29,944 nt of DNA from a virus (lineage: Duplodnaviria; Caudoviricetes). Each line of letters starts with the position of its first letter. Position 1 is the first letter of the stretch. The stretch is from IMG/VR virus record IMGVR_UViG_3300044233_001648, positions 1 through 29,944 of that record; one strand, 5' to 3'. The notes below the pieces were generated by a model. The model was given only the letters and a program-made list of their open reading frames with translations. It was not told where the DNA came from and searched no databases. Shown piece by piece: positions 18,371-26,848 of this stretch. A program made the translations under genes and the position numbers.

Positions 18371-19889
18371 CGCACAAGTAGTAAACACCAACCCCACACA
18401 GAACACACAAGATCTATTAGAGCCTAATGCTTCAAATTGGTCTGGACAATATGGCATTGGTATGTGGCATGGTTTTGGTGGCCCTGACCCAAACAGACTA
18501 CCAAGTGATACTGGGTTTGTTTGGAGTAGTGGTTCAAATATTGTTAGTACAACCATTGCAATCAATCAAGCATTAACACAGGCTGGAGTTCAAGTTAACG
18601 GATTCACATATAGGTGGAGAGTCAAAAATGGTAATGCTAATCTATATGGAAACCAACCAGGCACAGATGATTTTTTCATAAACGTAGACGTTTACGATTC
18701 TAATGGTAACATTTATGCCTCATATCAGTATGATCTTAGTTACCAACATAACTGGTCATACCACAGTGGTTCTGAAACATTCGTAGACCCATTTTTACCA
18801 CCATCTTATTTTTCAGATATTATTGTATCTGCACAAGGCAGTGATAGTGCAGCATGGCCTGGACACTACGGGCCAGAGTTCAACGTGCAGGCATCTGAAC
18901 TTAAATTGACATTTTCTGCAAACCCATGTTATAACAATCCTTTGTATGATCCACAGTGTCAAGGGTATGCAACTGCACTATTCAATCAACAGTGTACACA
19001 AAATCCACTATTTGATCCTACTTGTCCAGGCTATGCGACTGCAAATTTCACACAACTTTGTACTGCAAATCCTTTATATGATCCCACCTGTCCAGGCTAT
19101 GCTGCAGCATATCTTGCAGATAGATGTTTGTATGATCCTTTGTATGATGTGCAATGCACAGGCTATCAACAAGCATACTTTGATCAACAGTGTGAGTTAG
19201 ATAGTCAATATGACACTACTTGTCCAGGCTACCTTGATCCAGAAATCGCAGACTTGGGTACAGTTGATCCAATTGAAGAAATACTATCTGAACCAGATAT
19301 TCCAGTGATTGCAGAATTAGATTTCACAGGCGATATTGATGTCCCAGAACAACAAGTAATAGAGGTTGTAGAGGTAGAGGATGGAGATGGATTTCAAGAG
19401 GTTGATGATAGTATCGAAGGTGAACAGTTACAGATGGAAGATGACATCGAAAGAGAAATCGCAGAACTAGAAAGTGAGGCATCAGAAGATAATACTAATG
19501 CACCAGACATGATTGGTGGTGGTGCAAATCAAGAGGATGATATTGAGAAAGAACTCGCAGAGTTAAAGGAGAGTGCAGATTCAGATAACAAAGAAGATGC
19601 ACCAAAACCAAAAACGAAGAACGAAAAGATAAAACTACTGCTTGCTATGAAAGCAATAGAACTGACAAAAAAACTTGAGAAAGAGGTTAGTCTGGAACAG
19701 AACATGATAATGCAACGTCAACTACTTGCGTTGATTTCATACGTGCCGGGCTTTGATTACAATGAAAAGAAATTACCACAGGTTAATTTCTATCCACCAA
19801 AACCAACAGTTGACCATGCGTATGCAAGGTGGTTCTTGAATGACCCCAACTTTGGTATAATGGAGGATTCACAATACAATTTTAAATAG
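18300..19889 (+). CDS. Secreted-type protein with a beta-rich N-domain, Cys-rich 22-aa repeats and an acidic stalk
   Basis: Signal-like MFRNVMQQLLLVVFLSHSYCSFSNA (start 18300 or 18315 more plausible than 18135), five CxxNPLYDPxCxGY-type repeats, and an Asp/Glu-rich region. Confidence 0.75.
   Translation: MFRNVMQQLLLVVFLSHSYCSFSNAQVVNTNPTQNTQDLLEPNASNWSGQYGIGMWHGFGGPDPNRLPSDTGFVWSSGSNIVSTTIAINQALTQAGVQVNGFTYRWRVKNGNANLYGNQPGTDDFFINVDVYDSNGNIYASYQYDLSYQHNWSYHSGSETFVDPFLPPSYFSDIIVSAQGSDSAAWPGHYGPEFNVQASELKLTFSANPCYNNPLYDPQCQGYATALFNQQCTQNPLFDPTCPGYATANFTQLCTANPLYDPTCPGYAAAYLADRCLYDPLYDVQCTGYQQAYFDQQCELDSQYDTTCPGYLDPEIADLGTVDPIEEILSEPDIPVIAELDFTGDIDVPEQQVIEVVEVEDGDGFQEVDDSIEGEQLQMEDDIEREIAELESEASEDNTNAPDMIGGGANQEDDIEKELAELKESADSDNKEDAPKPKTKNEKIKLLLAMKAIELTKKLEKEVSLEQNMIMQRQLLALISYVPGFDYNEKKLPQVNFYPPKPTVDHAYARWFLNDPNFGIMEDSQYNFK
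18927..19232 (+). repeat. Five tandem 66-bp (22-aa) Cys-pair repeats
   Basis: CYNNPLYDPQCQGY, CTQNPLFDPTCPGY, CTANPLYDPTCPGY, CLYDPLYDVQCTGY, CELDSQYDTTCPGY. Confidence 0.9.
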
Positions 19890-19899
19890 GAGAGAGAAA

Positions 19900-20445
19900 A
19901 TGGCAGAAATAGAATATGGGGGAATCAAAGTAGGGGGCTCTAAACTTCTACTTATTCTACCACTTATCGGTACAATTGGTGGTGGACTATGGGCAGGCTT
20001 TGAATTTTATAAAGACTATATGGATATGAAAGAACAGATTCAGAGTTATGTCGCACCAGATTTATCTGGATTTGATAAAGAACTTGCTGTGCTCAAAGAG
20101 GAGATGCAAATAACTAGAGAAGAGGTTATTATCATTCGTGACGCAATCGGTGAACAGGTGGACTTTATGCGTGATACTAAACACGATTTACGAGCAGACT
20201 TGGTTCGCATGGAGAAGATATTAGACAAGGTTGAGAACGATATTGATGCAGTAGAAGATGACGCACAGTCACTTATGGACAGAACTAAATCAGATGCAAG
20301 GTCTATGATTGAAGATGCAAACAATCGTTTCAATGATAAGGTATCTGGTATGGAAGGATATGTCAAAAGAGAGTTGACATCTCTGGAAGAGGATCTTGAT
20401 AGAAAGCTGCAAAAAAGTTTAGATAATCCTCTAGCAAATAGATGA
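19900..20445 (+). CDS. Membrane-anchored coiled-coil protein
   Basis: AGGAG RBS, N-terminal TM LLLILPLIGTIGGGLWAGF, long heptad region ending in LDNPL. Confidence 0.75.
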   Translation: MAEIEYGGIKVGGSKLLLILPLIGTIGGGLWAGFEFYKDYMDMKEQIQSYVAPDLSGFDKELAVLKEEMQITREEVIIIRDAIGEQVDFMRDTKHDLRADLVRMEKILDKVENDIDAVEDDAQSLMDRTKSDARSMIEDANNRFNDKVSGMEGYVKRELTSLEEDLDRKLQKSLDNPLANR

Positions 20446-20447
20446 TA

Positions 20448-20455
20448 TATAAATA
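20448..20455 (+). promoter_or_regulatory. T4-type late promoter TATAAATA
   Basis: Exact intergenic match. Confidence 0.7.
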
Positions 20456-20466
20456 TTAGGTAAGGA

Positions 20467-20886
20467 ATGAAAGTAATGCAAGATTTAAATACAGAGGTTG
20501 CACTTCTTAAAAAAGAAGTATCAGATGTAAAAGTAATTTTCTCAAGACTAGATGTTGCGATTGAGAAGATTACAGATGTGTCTAGTTGTGTAAATCGTAT
20601 GCTTGCAGTGCATGAAGAAAAGATTGCAAACCAAGAAGAGGCAGCCGCAAGAGCAAATGCAGAGTTTACCACAGACATACGAGAGCTACATTCTCGTATC
20701 ACATCAAACTACAAAGAAATGACCGACATGATCACTCAACAACACAAAGAACAAGCACTGCAAATGCAACAACTTAGAAATGAGTTAGCAAGTAGAGTTG
20801 GTGTGTTGGAAAAGTGGAGATGGTTAATTATCGGTGGGTCAATCGTAGTAGGATTCATAATACAAAAATTTCTCATATTATCTTGA
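20467..20886 (+). CDS. Coiled-coil protein with a C-terminal TM helix (pre-primase conserved gene, holin-like topology)
   Basis: Heptads followed by VLEKWRWLIIGGSIVVGFII. The start may be 20476. Confidence 0.75.
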   Translation: MKVMQDLNTEVALLKKEVSDVKVIFSRLDVAIEKITDVSSCVNRMLAVHEEKIANQEEAAARANAEFTTDIRELHSRITSNYKEMTDMITQQHKEQALQMQQLRNELASRVGVLEKWRWLIIGGSIVVGFIIQKFLILS

Positions 20887-20911
20887 CAACACACGTTTAT
20901 TAGTGTATCAT
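20883..20911 (+). promoter_or_regulatory. sigma70-type promoter for primase
   Basis: TTGACA (20883)-N17-TATCAT (20906). Confidence 0.7.
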
Positions 20912-20918
20912 CTGTCTT

Positions 20919-21917
20919 ATGTATATTGAACAAAAGTATCTAAATCTAATATCATCACAACTTTCACGATTTAAGAAAACAAACGATTTTCTTTGGAACT
21001 TTCGTTGTCCTTATTGTGGTGATTCCCAAAAGTCCCAGAGCAAAGCTCGTGGGTTCGTCTTTCGTAAAGAATCGAATCTTATATATAAGTGTCATAACTG
21101 TGGGGTTGGAAAAAGTTTTGCAAACCTACTAAAGTTTGTAGACTCAAAGATTTGGAATGACTATATATTTGAAAAGTACAAAAAGAGTGACGAGCCAGTA
21201 GACATTGGTAAGTTCTCTCAACCTAATTTTATGAAAGGAACTTCACCTCTCAAATCTCTCAAAAAAATATCATCACTACAACACGATCACCCAGTAAAGA
21301 AATTTATTGAGAGTAGAAAGATACCTACGAAGTTTCACTATGAATTGTTTTTTGCCCCAAAGTTTTACAAGTGGGTAAATACAGTTATACCGAATAAGTT
21401 TCCCTCACTTGTGGGGGATCATCCTAGATTGGTCATACCATTCTTTGATGAGAATAATAACTTGTTTTGTTTTCAAGGAAGGTCATTTGGCAATGAACAA
21501 CCAAAGTATATTACTTTTAAACTTGATCCAGACCGAAATAAAATATACGGACTTAATAGAGTAGACAAATCTAAACCTATCTATGTGGTGGAAGGCCCCA
21601 TAGATAGTTTGTTTTTGGATAACTGTCTTGCTGTTGCTGGTTCATCAAATTTTGCGAAGGATATGCCAAAAGAAAACACGACAATCGTTTTTGATAATGA
21701 AAGAAGAAACAAAGAAATTTTGATGCAGATGGAACAAATTATAGACAAAGGTTACAACGTGGTATTATGGCCAGATGATGTAAAAGAAAAAGATATAAAT
21801 GACATGATCCTATCTGGAAGAACTAAAGACGAAGTACAAACAATAATAAAGAACAATACTTATCAAGGTAATATGGCCAAGATAAAGTTCGCAACATGGA
21901 GAAAAATCAATGCCTAA
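20919..21917 (+). CDS. 61: T4 gp61-like DNA primase
   Basis: Zn ribbon CPYCGDS...CHNC, RLVIPF, FQGR, TOPRIM VVEGPIDSLF, FDNE and KDIND motifs. Confidence 0.95.
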   Translation: MYIEQKYLNLISSQLSRFKKTNDFLWNFRCPYCGDSQKSQSKARGFVFRKESNLIYKCHNCGVGKSFANLLKFVDSKIWNDYIFEKYKKSDEPVDIGKFSQPNFMKGTSPLKSLKKISSLQHDHPVKKFIESRKIPTKFHYELFFAPKFYKWVNTVIPNKFPSLVGDHPRLVIPFFDENNNLFCFQGRSFGNEQPKYITFKLDPDRNKIYGLNRVDKSKPIYVVEGPIDSLFLDNCLAVAGSSNFAKDMPKENTTIVFDNERRNKEILMQMEQIIDKGYNVVLWPDDVKEKDINDMILSGRTKDEVQTIIKNNTYQGNMAKIKFATWRKINA

Positions 21918-23826
21918 TAACTTTTTACCAACATCATATCAAGAATTTATTCACCTATCAAGATATTCCAGATGGTTGCCCAAAGAGGGTCGTAGAGAAA
22001 CTTGGAACGAAACAGTAGGAAGATATTTTAACTTCTTCAAAGAACACCTAAAAGATATGACTGGTTATGAGTTAGAAGACAAAGATAGAAAAGAACTAGA
22101 AAACGCAGTCTTGGCCACGAAGGTTATGCCTTCCATGAGATGTTTGATGACTGCTGGTGATGCATTGAAAAGAGAAAACATTGCTGGTTATAATTGCTCT
22201 TATGTTGCAGTAAATCGTATTCAATCATTTGATGAAATACTATACATTTTGATGAATGGAACTGGTGTTGGTTTTTCAGTCGAGAGACAACACATTGCTG
22301 AACTACCAGTTGTTGCAGAAGAGTTTTTTCCATCTGATACAGTTATTACTGTTGCAGATAGTAAACTTGGTTGGGCAAAGGCGTTCAAGGAACTTGTAGG
22401 ATTACTTTACATTGGACAGATACCAAGATGGGATTTATCTAAAGTAAGACCAGCAGGAGCACCACTTAAAACTTTTGGTGGTCGTGCGTCTGGGCCTGCA
22501 CCACTAGACAATCTATTTAATTTTACAGTGAATGTACTCAAAAATGCAAATGGTAGAAAACTATCTTCTATCGAATGTCACGATATTGTTTGTAAGATTG
22601 CAGAGGTAGTTGTAGTAGGGGGTGTAAGGCGAAGTGCGCTCATAAGTCTCTCAAACCTCTCTGATGACCGAATGAGACACGCAAAGTCGGGTCAATGGTG
22701 GGAACAGAATGGACAACGAGCACTTGCAAATAACTCTGCTTGTTACACAGAAAAACCAGATATGGGTATCTTCATGGATGAGTGGAAAGCACTTTATGAT
22801 TCCAAGTCTGGTGAAAGAGGTATCTTTAATCGTGCAAGTGCAGTGAACATGGCTGCAAAGAATGGTCGTAGAGATACAGAACATGAGTTCGGCACGAATC
22901 CTTGTTCGGAGATCATATTACGAGATAGAGAGTTTTGTAATCTTTCAGAGGTAGTGGTAAGACCTTCAGATACTAAAGAGTCCCTTATGGAAAAAGTAAG
23001 ACTTGCAACCATTCTTGGAACATTCCAATCTACACTTACAAACTTCAAATATGTATCTGCAATGTGGAGAAAAAATTGTGCAGAGGAAAGACTACTTGGT
23101 GTCTCACTCACTGGTATCATGGATTGTTGTTTAACAAATGGTAAAGAGAAAAATCTTAGTGGGTTACTTGATGACTTGAGAGAAGAGGCAGTTAAGACGA
23201 ACAAAATCTGGGCAGAGAAGTTAGGTATCCCACAATCTGCTGCGGTCACTTGTGTAAAACCATCTGGCACAGTGTCACAACTTGTAGATGCAGCCTCTGG
23301 TATTCATGCACGACATAATCCATATTATATTCGCACTGTTCGTGGTGACAAGAAAGATCCATTGACAAAGATGATGACTGATATTGGTTTTCCAGTTGAG
23401 GATGATGTAATGAATCCATCAAACACATCTGTATTTTCATTCCCCATGAAAGTAGACAGAAGTGCAGTATTTAGAACAGATATGTCTGCTGTTGAACAGT
23501 TGGAGTTGTGGTTGACTTATCAGAAACATTGGTGTGAACACAAACCATCTGTGACTATTTCTGTGAAAGAAAGTGAGTGGATGGAAGTTGGTTCATGGGT
23601 TTACAAAAACTTTGACTGGATGTCTGGGGTGTCATTCCTACCATTTAGTGAACACACATATCAACAAGCACCATATCAAGATTGTGATGAGAAAGAATAT
23701 AAGTTCTTATTGAACAAGATGCCTAAACAGGTTGATTGGAGTAAACTTTCAGAATATGAATCTATGGATATGACAGTTGGTTCACAAGAACTTGCTTGTG
23801 TGGCAGGGGCTTGTGAAATTCAATGA
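21910..23826 (+). CDS. nrdJ: Class II (adenosylcobalamin-dependent) ribonucleotide reductase, RTPR-like
   Basis: MPSMR, YNCS, GVRRSA, GTNPCSEI, FCNLSEV, TCVKPSGTVSQL and C-terminal CVAGAC. No nrdB beta subunit nearby. Confidence 0.85.
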   Translation: MPNNFLPTSYQEFIHLSRYSRWLPKEGRRETWNETVGRYFNFFKEHLKDMTGYELEDKDRKELENAVLATKVMPSMRCLMTAGDALKRENIAGYNCSYVAVNRIQSFDEILYILMNGTGVGFSVERQHIAELPVVAEEFFPSDTVITVADSKLGWAKAFKELVGLLYIGQIPRWDLSKVRPAGAPLKTFGGRASGPAPLDNLFNFTVNVLKNANGRKLSSIECHDIVCKIAEVVVVGGVRRSALISLSNLSDDRMRHAKSGQWWEQNGQRALANNSACYTEKPDMGIFMDEWKALYDSKSGERGIFNRASAVNMAAKNGRRDTEHEFGTNPCSEIILRDREFCNLSEVVVRPSDTKESLMEKVRLATILGTFQSTLTNFKYVSAMWRKNCAEERLLGVSLTGIMDCCLTNGKEKNLSGLLDDLREEAVKTNKIWAEKLGIPQSAAVTCVKPSGTVSQLVDAASGIHARHNPYYIRTVRGDKKDPLTKMMTDIGFPVEDDVMNPSNTSVFSFPMKVDRSAVFRTDMSAVEQLELWLTYQKHWCEHKPSVTISVKESEWMEVGSWVYKNFDWMSGVSFLPFSEHTYQQAPYQDCDEKEYKFLLNKMPKQVDWSKLSEYESMDMTVGSQELACVAGACEIQ

Positions 23827-23984
23827 AATTAATTGTGTGCCTGTCATGTGAAGCAGAATTTTCCATAAAACACAATATGGACAAACGACTATATAGTGTA
23901 TGGCATTGTCCATTTTGTGGTGATGCATTAGATGATGACATGGAAGATGAAGTCGGATATGACGAGGAGTACGATGATGAATAG
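23823..23984 (+). CDS. 53-aa zinc-ribbon protein with an acidic tail (not in ORF track)
   Basis: ATGA overlap with nrdJ. MKLIVCLSCEAEF...HCPFCGDALDDDMEDEVGYDEEYDDE has two CxxC pairs. Confidence 0.8.
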   Translation: MKLIVCLSCEAEFSIKHNMDKRLYSVWHCPFCGDALDDDMEDEVGYDEEYDDE

Positions 23985-24108
23985 TTGCGAATCATGTGGT
24001 CACGAGTGTCACTGTTCTGCTGGAGAGTGTGGTCGATGTGGATGTGACATTTGTGATTGTGGAAGAACGGCAGATAATGAAAACACAATCGGCGAAAGCA
24101 AAAGGTAG
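23974..24108 (+). CDS. 44-aa Cys/His-rich metallothionein-like peptide (not in ORF track)
   Basis: GAGGAG RBS at 23964-23969. MMNSCESCGHECHCSAGECGRCGCDICDCGRTADNENTIGESKR has 9 Cys and 2 His within 25 residues. Confidence 0.7.
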   Translation: MMNSCESCGHECHCSAGECGRCGCDICDCGRTADNENTIGESKR

Positions 24109-24412
24109 AAGATTCCAACAATGGGTTCGTGATAAACTCATTGAGGTGTTGGACATCCACCCAGAGGATATAGAGAGTCGTTCTATGGGTGCTGGTGGTG
24201 AAGATCTTATCATGGCAAGAGCTGCACGAGAAACCTTTCCATATTCAATCGAATGTAAAAATCAAGAAAAAATCAATCTCTGGGAATCATACAAACAGGC
24301 AACAGAAAACTCTGGTAAGTATGAACCAGTGGTCTTCATCAAAAGAAACAATCACAAACCTTTGGTCGTAGTGGATGCAGATTATTTTATTAATCTGCAC
24401 AAAAACACTTGA
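24077..24412 (+). CDS. PD-(D/E)XK Holliday-junction-resolvase-like nuclease
   Basis: MKTQSAKAKGRRFQQWV...GEDL...SIECKNQE...W.QA...P.V..KRN pattern. The start at ATG 24077 is more plausible than 23996. Confidence 0.75.
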   Translation: MKTQSAKAKGRRFQQWVRDKLIEVLDIHPEDIESRSMGAGGEDLIMARAARETFPYSIECKNQEKINLWESYKQATENSGKYEPVVFIKRNNHKPLVVVDADYFINLHKNT

Positions 24413-24437
24413 CATCATTTCCGAATCGTGGTAGGAT
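24409..24437 (+). promoter_or_regulatory. sigma70-type early promoter with extended -10 and a GANTC site in the spacer
   Basis: TTGACA (24409)-N17-TAGGAT (24432) preceded by TGn. CGAATCG at 24422-24428. Confidence 0.7.
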
Positions 24438-24465
24438 GTATATACAATAGAGAAAGAGGTATATT

Positions 24466-24672
24466 ATGGGAATGTCAAGTTATATAATGGACTGTGAAGA
24501 ACAGTTTATCAATTCAGTAAATCTTAGGATTGGTGGTTGTGAACATATCACAGAACTTCACATGGCACTTACAAGAGATAAGTGTTGGAATGACATTGCA
24601 CATATGTCTGCAAATGAACAACTAGAATTTGTTGAAGAACTCTGGAGTGAGTTCTGGTGTGATTATGCATGA
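24466..24672 (+). CDS. Small acidic hypothetical early protein
   Basis: GAGGT RBS downstream of the sigma70 promoter. Confidence 0.75.
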   Translation: MGMSSYIMDCEEQFINSVNLRIGGCEHITELHMALTRDKCWNDIAHMSANEQLEFVEELWSEFWCDYA

Positions 24673-24989
24673 AAAATCTCATTAGATTAATAATACTTTT
24701 ATGGGTTGTAGCATTTCTTGGTGGTTTACTAACTGGCAAGAGTGCATTTGCACAAGATTGTAAGTATGAAAAAACAGTAGTGCTAGATGATGGTGGGAAA
24801 ATTTTATCCTCTAAAACAGAATATGTTTGTAAAGGGTCTAAACCTATTCTAGTGTTAGAACCAACAGTAACAGATCAAGTCAAGTATGTGCGGCCACCAG
24901 TGGTTAGTACATATGATTATATAAATCATTACACTTCTAATGAAAATAGACTTGACAGAATACTAAGTTTGTTGTATAGTGGTAGTTAA
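24669..24989 (+). CDS. Exported hypothetical protein
   Basis: Signal peptide ending in SAFA, one Cys pair, ATGA overlap. Confidence 0.7.
   Translation: MKNLIRLIILLWVVAFLGGLLTGKSAFAQDCKYEKTVVLDDGGKILSSKTEYVCKGSKPILVLEPTVTDQVKYVRPPVVSTYDYINHYTSNENRLDRILSLLYSGS
24952..24980 (+). promoter_or_regulatory. sigma70-type promoter
   Basis: TTGACA (24952)-N17-TATAGT (24975). Confidence 0.75.
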
Positions 24990-25003
24990 ATGTGGAGGCA
25001 TAA

Positions 25004-25138
25004 TTGTTCAGAGTAGCAATAGGAATTATTATCGGTGTAGTTTTAGTGGAGTATAACATCATGCCAGAGGTGTTAAACTTTTTTGTTGATTCTGGTGGAG
25101 TGGATAAATCTATAGAAGTCTTGGAGGGCTTGAAATAA
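25004..25138 (+). CDS. 44-aa membrane peptide (TTG start, not in ORF track)
   Basis: GGAGG RBS. MFRVAIGIIIGVVLVEYNIMPEVLNFFVDSGGVDKSIEVLEGLK. Its stop overlaps the next ATG (TAATG). Confidence 0.65.
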   Translation: MFRVAIGIIIGVVLVEYNIMPEVLNFFVDSGGVDKSIEVLEGLK

Positions 25139-25812
25139 TGAATAATCTAAATTATGTAACTGTTGGAGTATTGGGAAGTGTCCTTACACTTGGTGCCTGT
25201 TCTAATAATCCAGATGCGACACAGATGTTGAATACCTCATCTGTTGAGTATAAACAAGAAAAGGTAGAGGCTGCAACCAAAACAGTCCCATCTTGGTTTA
25301 CAACATTACCAACTGATGAGAAGTCAATCTATAGTGTCGGTACTGCACAGTCACCAGACTTGCAATTGTCTATCGACATGGCAACACTCAATGCAAAGTA
25401 TACTCTTGCTGATCGTATCAATGGTAAGTTGGATGCAATGATGAAAACATTTGTAACACGACTTGGTACAGATGATGATGTGTCTGCAACTACAATGTCA
25501 GAAGTTGAGAAGGTCACAAAGAATGTGATTGCATCAGTTGATGTTGCTGGTTACAATCCAAAAGAGATGGAGATATATCCAACAGGAACACAGTTTCGTG
25601 CATATGTTTTACTTGAGTATTCAGAGGAAGAGGCTCGTAAGATCATTATGAACCGTATGATGAAAGATCGTATGGTCTATGGTAAGATTCGTTCTACCAA
25701 TGCATGGAAAGAACTTCAGAATGAAGTAGATGCATCAAAGGATGAAGATCAGACTTTATCAATGTCAAACATTGAAACCGAAATCAACAAGGTTGTTGAT
25801 GCGGCAGAATAG
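25138..25812 (+). CDS. Lipoprotein, LPP20-like
   Basis: Lipobox LGAC and the pattern VPSWF...YSVGTAQSPDLQLSIDMATLNAKYTLAD. Confidence 0.7.
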   Translation: MNNLNYVTVGVLGSVLTLGACSNNPDATQMLNTSSVEYKQEKVEAATKTVPSWFTTLPTDEKSIYSVGTAQSPDLQLSIDMATLNAKYTLADRINGKLDAMMKTFVTRLGTDDDVSATTMSEVEKVTKNVIASVDVAGYNPKEMEIYPTGTQFRAYVLLEYSEEEARKIIMNRMMKDRMVYGKIRSTNAWKELQNEVDASKDEDQTLSMSNIETEINKVVDAAE

Positions 25813-25822
25813 AGGAAAAACT

Positions 25823-26044
25823 TTGTCTGGATTAAAAGTAACAGTTCGTGGAGATGACCTCAATGGTGCATTGCGAGTTCTAAAGAAACGTATGCAAATT
25901 GAGGGTGTCTTTAACGAACTGAGAGAACGAACTGCCTTTAGAAGTAAAGGTGAAAAAAAGAGACTTCAACGAGCTGCTGGTAGAAGAAGGTGGTTGAAGA
26001 AAGTGGATAAACTCAAGGAACAAGGACAATGGCCTAATGAGTAG
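25823..26044 (+). CDS. rpsU: Ribosomal protein bS21 homolog
   Basis: KVTVRGDDLNGALRVLKKRMQIEGVFNELRERTAFRSKGEKKR matches the bS21 pattern (V.V....++.ALR.LKK....EG+..E++.R..+.KPSEK+R). AGAGGA RBS before TTG 25823, with ATG 25799 as an alternative start. Confidence 0.85.
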   Translation: MSGLKVTVRGDDLNGALRVLKKRMQIEGVFNELRERTAFRSKGEKKRLQRAAGRRRWLKKVDKLKEQGQWPNE

Positions 26045-26471
26045 AAAAAAAATAGTGGCATCAACAACTACTAATGATGGATGGGTTCAACCTAAACCTA
26101 AAAAGAAAAGGAAACCCATGACACCAGAACAAAAGGTTGCTGCAGCAGAACGTCTTGCGAAGGCTCGTGCTGCAAGAAAACCAGCAAAGAATGAATCAAT
26201 ACATCATTCTGTTCTTGCACTAGATGATGACCATGTGTTATCTGCAAAAAATGTTAAGAGTTGGATCAAGTCCCAGAAAGATCTGATGTCTAGTTTAAGA
26301 TACGAAGTGCGAAAAGATGTCAAAGGTGCAAAGGCAAAGTATCATAGTGCAGAAGGATATATAAGACATCTAAAACATTATCTAAAACATGGGGACTACT
26401 GTGATGACTATTATGGTGCCTATGGGGAGAAAAAAATAAAATGGCAGACGATAACTTCAAAGGGAATGTAA
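26037..26471 (+). CDS. Conserved basic hypothetical protein of T4-like phages
   Basis: KKRKPMTPEQKVAAAERLAKARAA motif. Confidence 0.75.
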   Translation: MSRKKIVASTTTNDGWVQPKPKKKRKPMTPEQKVAAAERLAKARAARKPAKNESIHHSVLALDDDHVLSAKNVKSWIKSQKDLMSSLRYEVRKDVKGAKAKYHSAEGYIRHLKHYLKHGDYCDDYYGAYGEKKIKWQTITSKGM

Positions 26472-26848
26472 TCAAAGGGCCTTGGAAAAGGGCAAAGAAA
26501 GTATCAAAGGTGCAAACGGCAAAAGTGACTCAAGACATGGTTTTTATAGATGATGTCGCAGAAAATGTTATGATACCTTTGATACATGGTCTTGCCGAAA
26601 ATGGTGTAGATATCAAAGAGGACGATTTTTGTAGAGAGATTGGATTTCTAAATGAGGTAGTGAGAACTATATTGTTCAGACATCTAGGTTATAAACATGA
26701 AATGAAAGAGTTAATAGAATCTGTAATGAAACTAAGAACAGAAAAAACAGAGGATGTATATGCCTCATTTGATGCAGAAGCAGTAGATAAATTAATTCAG
26801 TTTATAAAGATACAAAACGAAATTGAGAAGGAAAAAGACGATGACTGA
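26441..26848 (+). CDS. Hypothetical protein
   Basis: GGGGAG RBS and an NVIKGPW N-terminal motif. Confidence 0.7.
   Translation: MADDNFKGNVIKGPWKRAKKVSKVQTAKVTQDMVFIDDVAENVMIPLIHGLAENGVDIKEDDFCREIGFLNEVVRTILFRHLGYKHEMKELIESVMKLRTEKTEDVYASFDAEAVDKLIQFIKIQNEIEKEKDDD

Noticed and set aside
23996-24076. Extended N-terminus of the resolvase-like ORF
   Set aside because: The conserved-looking sequence begins at MKTQSAKAKGR (24077), and this region is better explained by the Cys-rich ORF in another frame.
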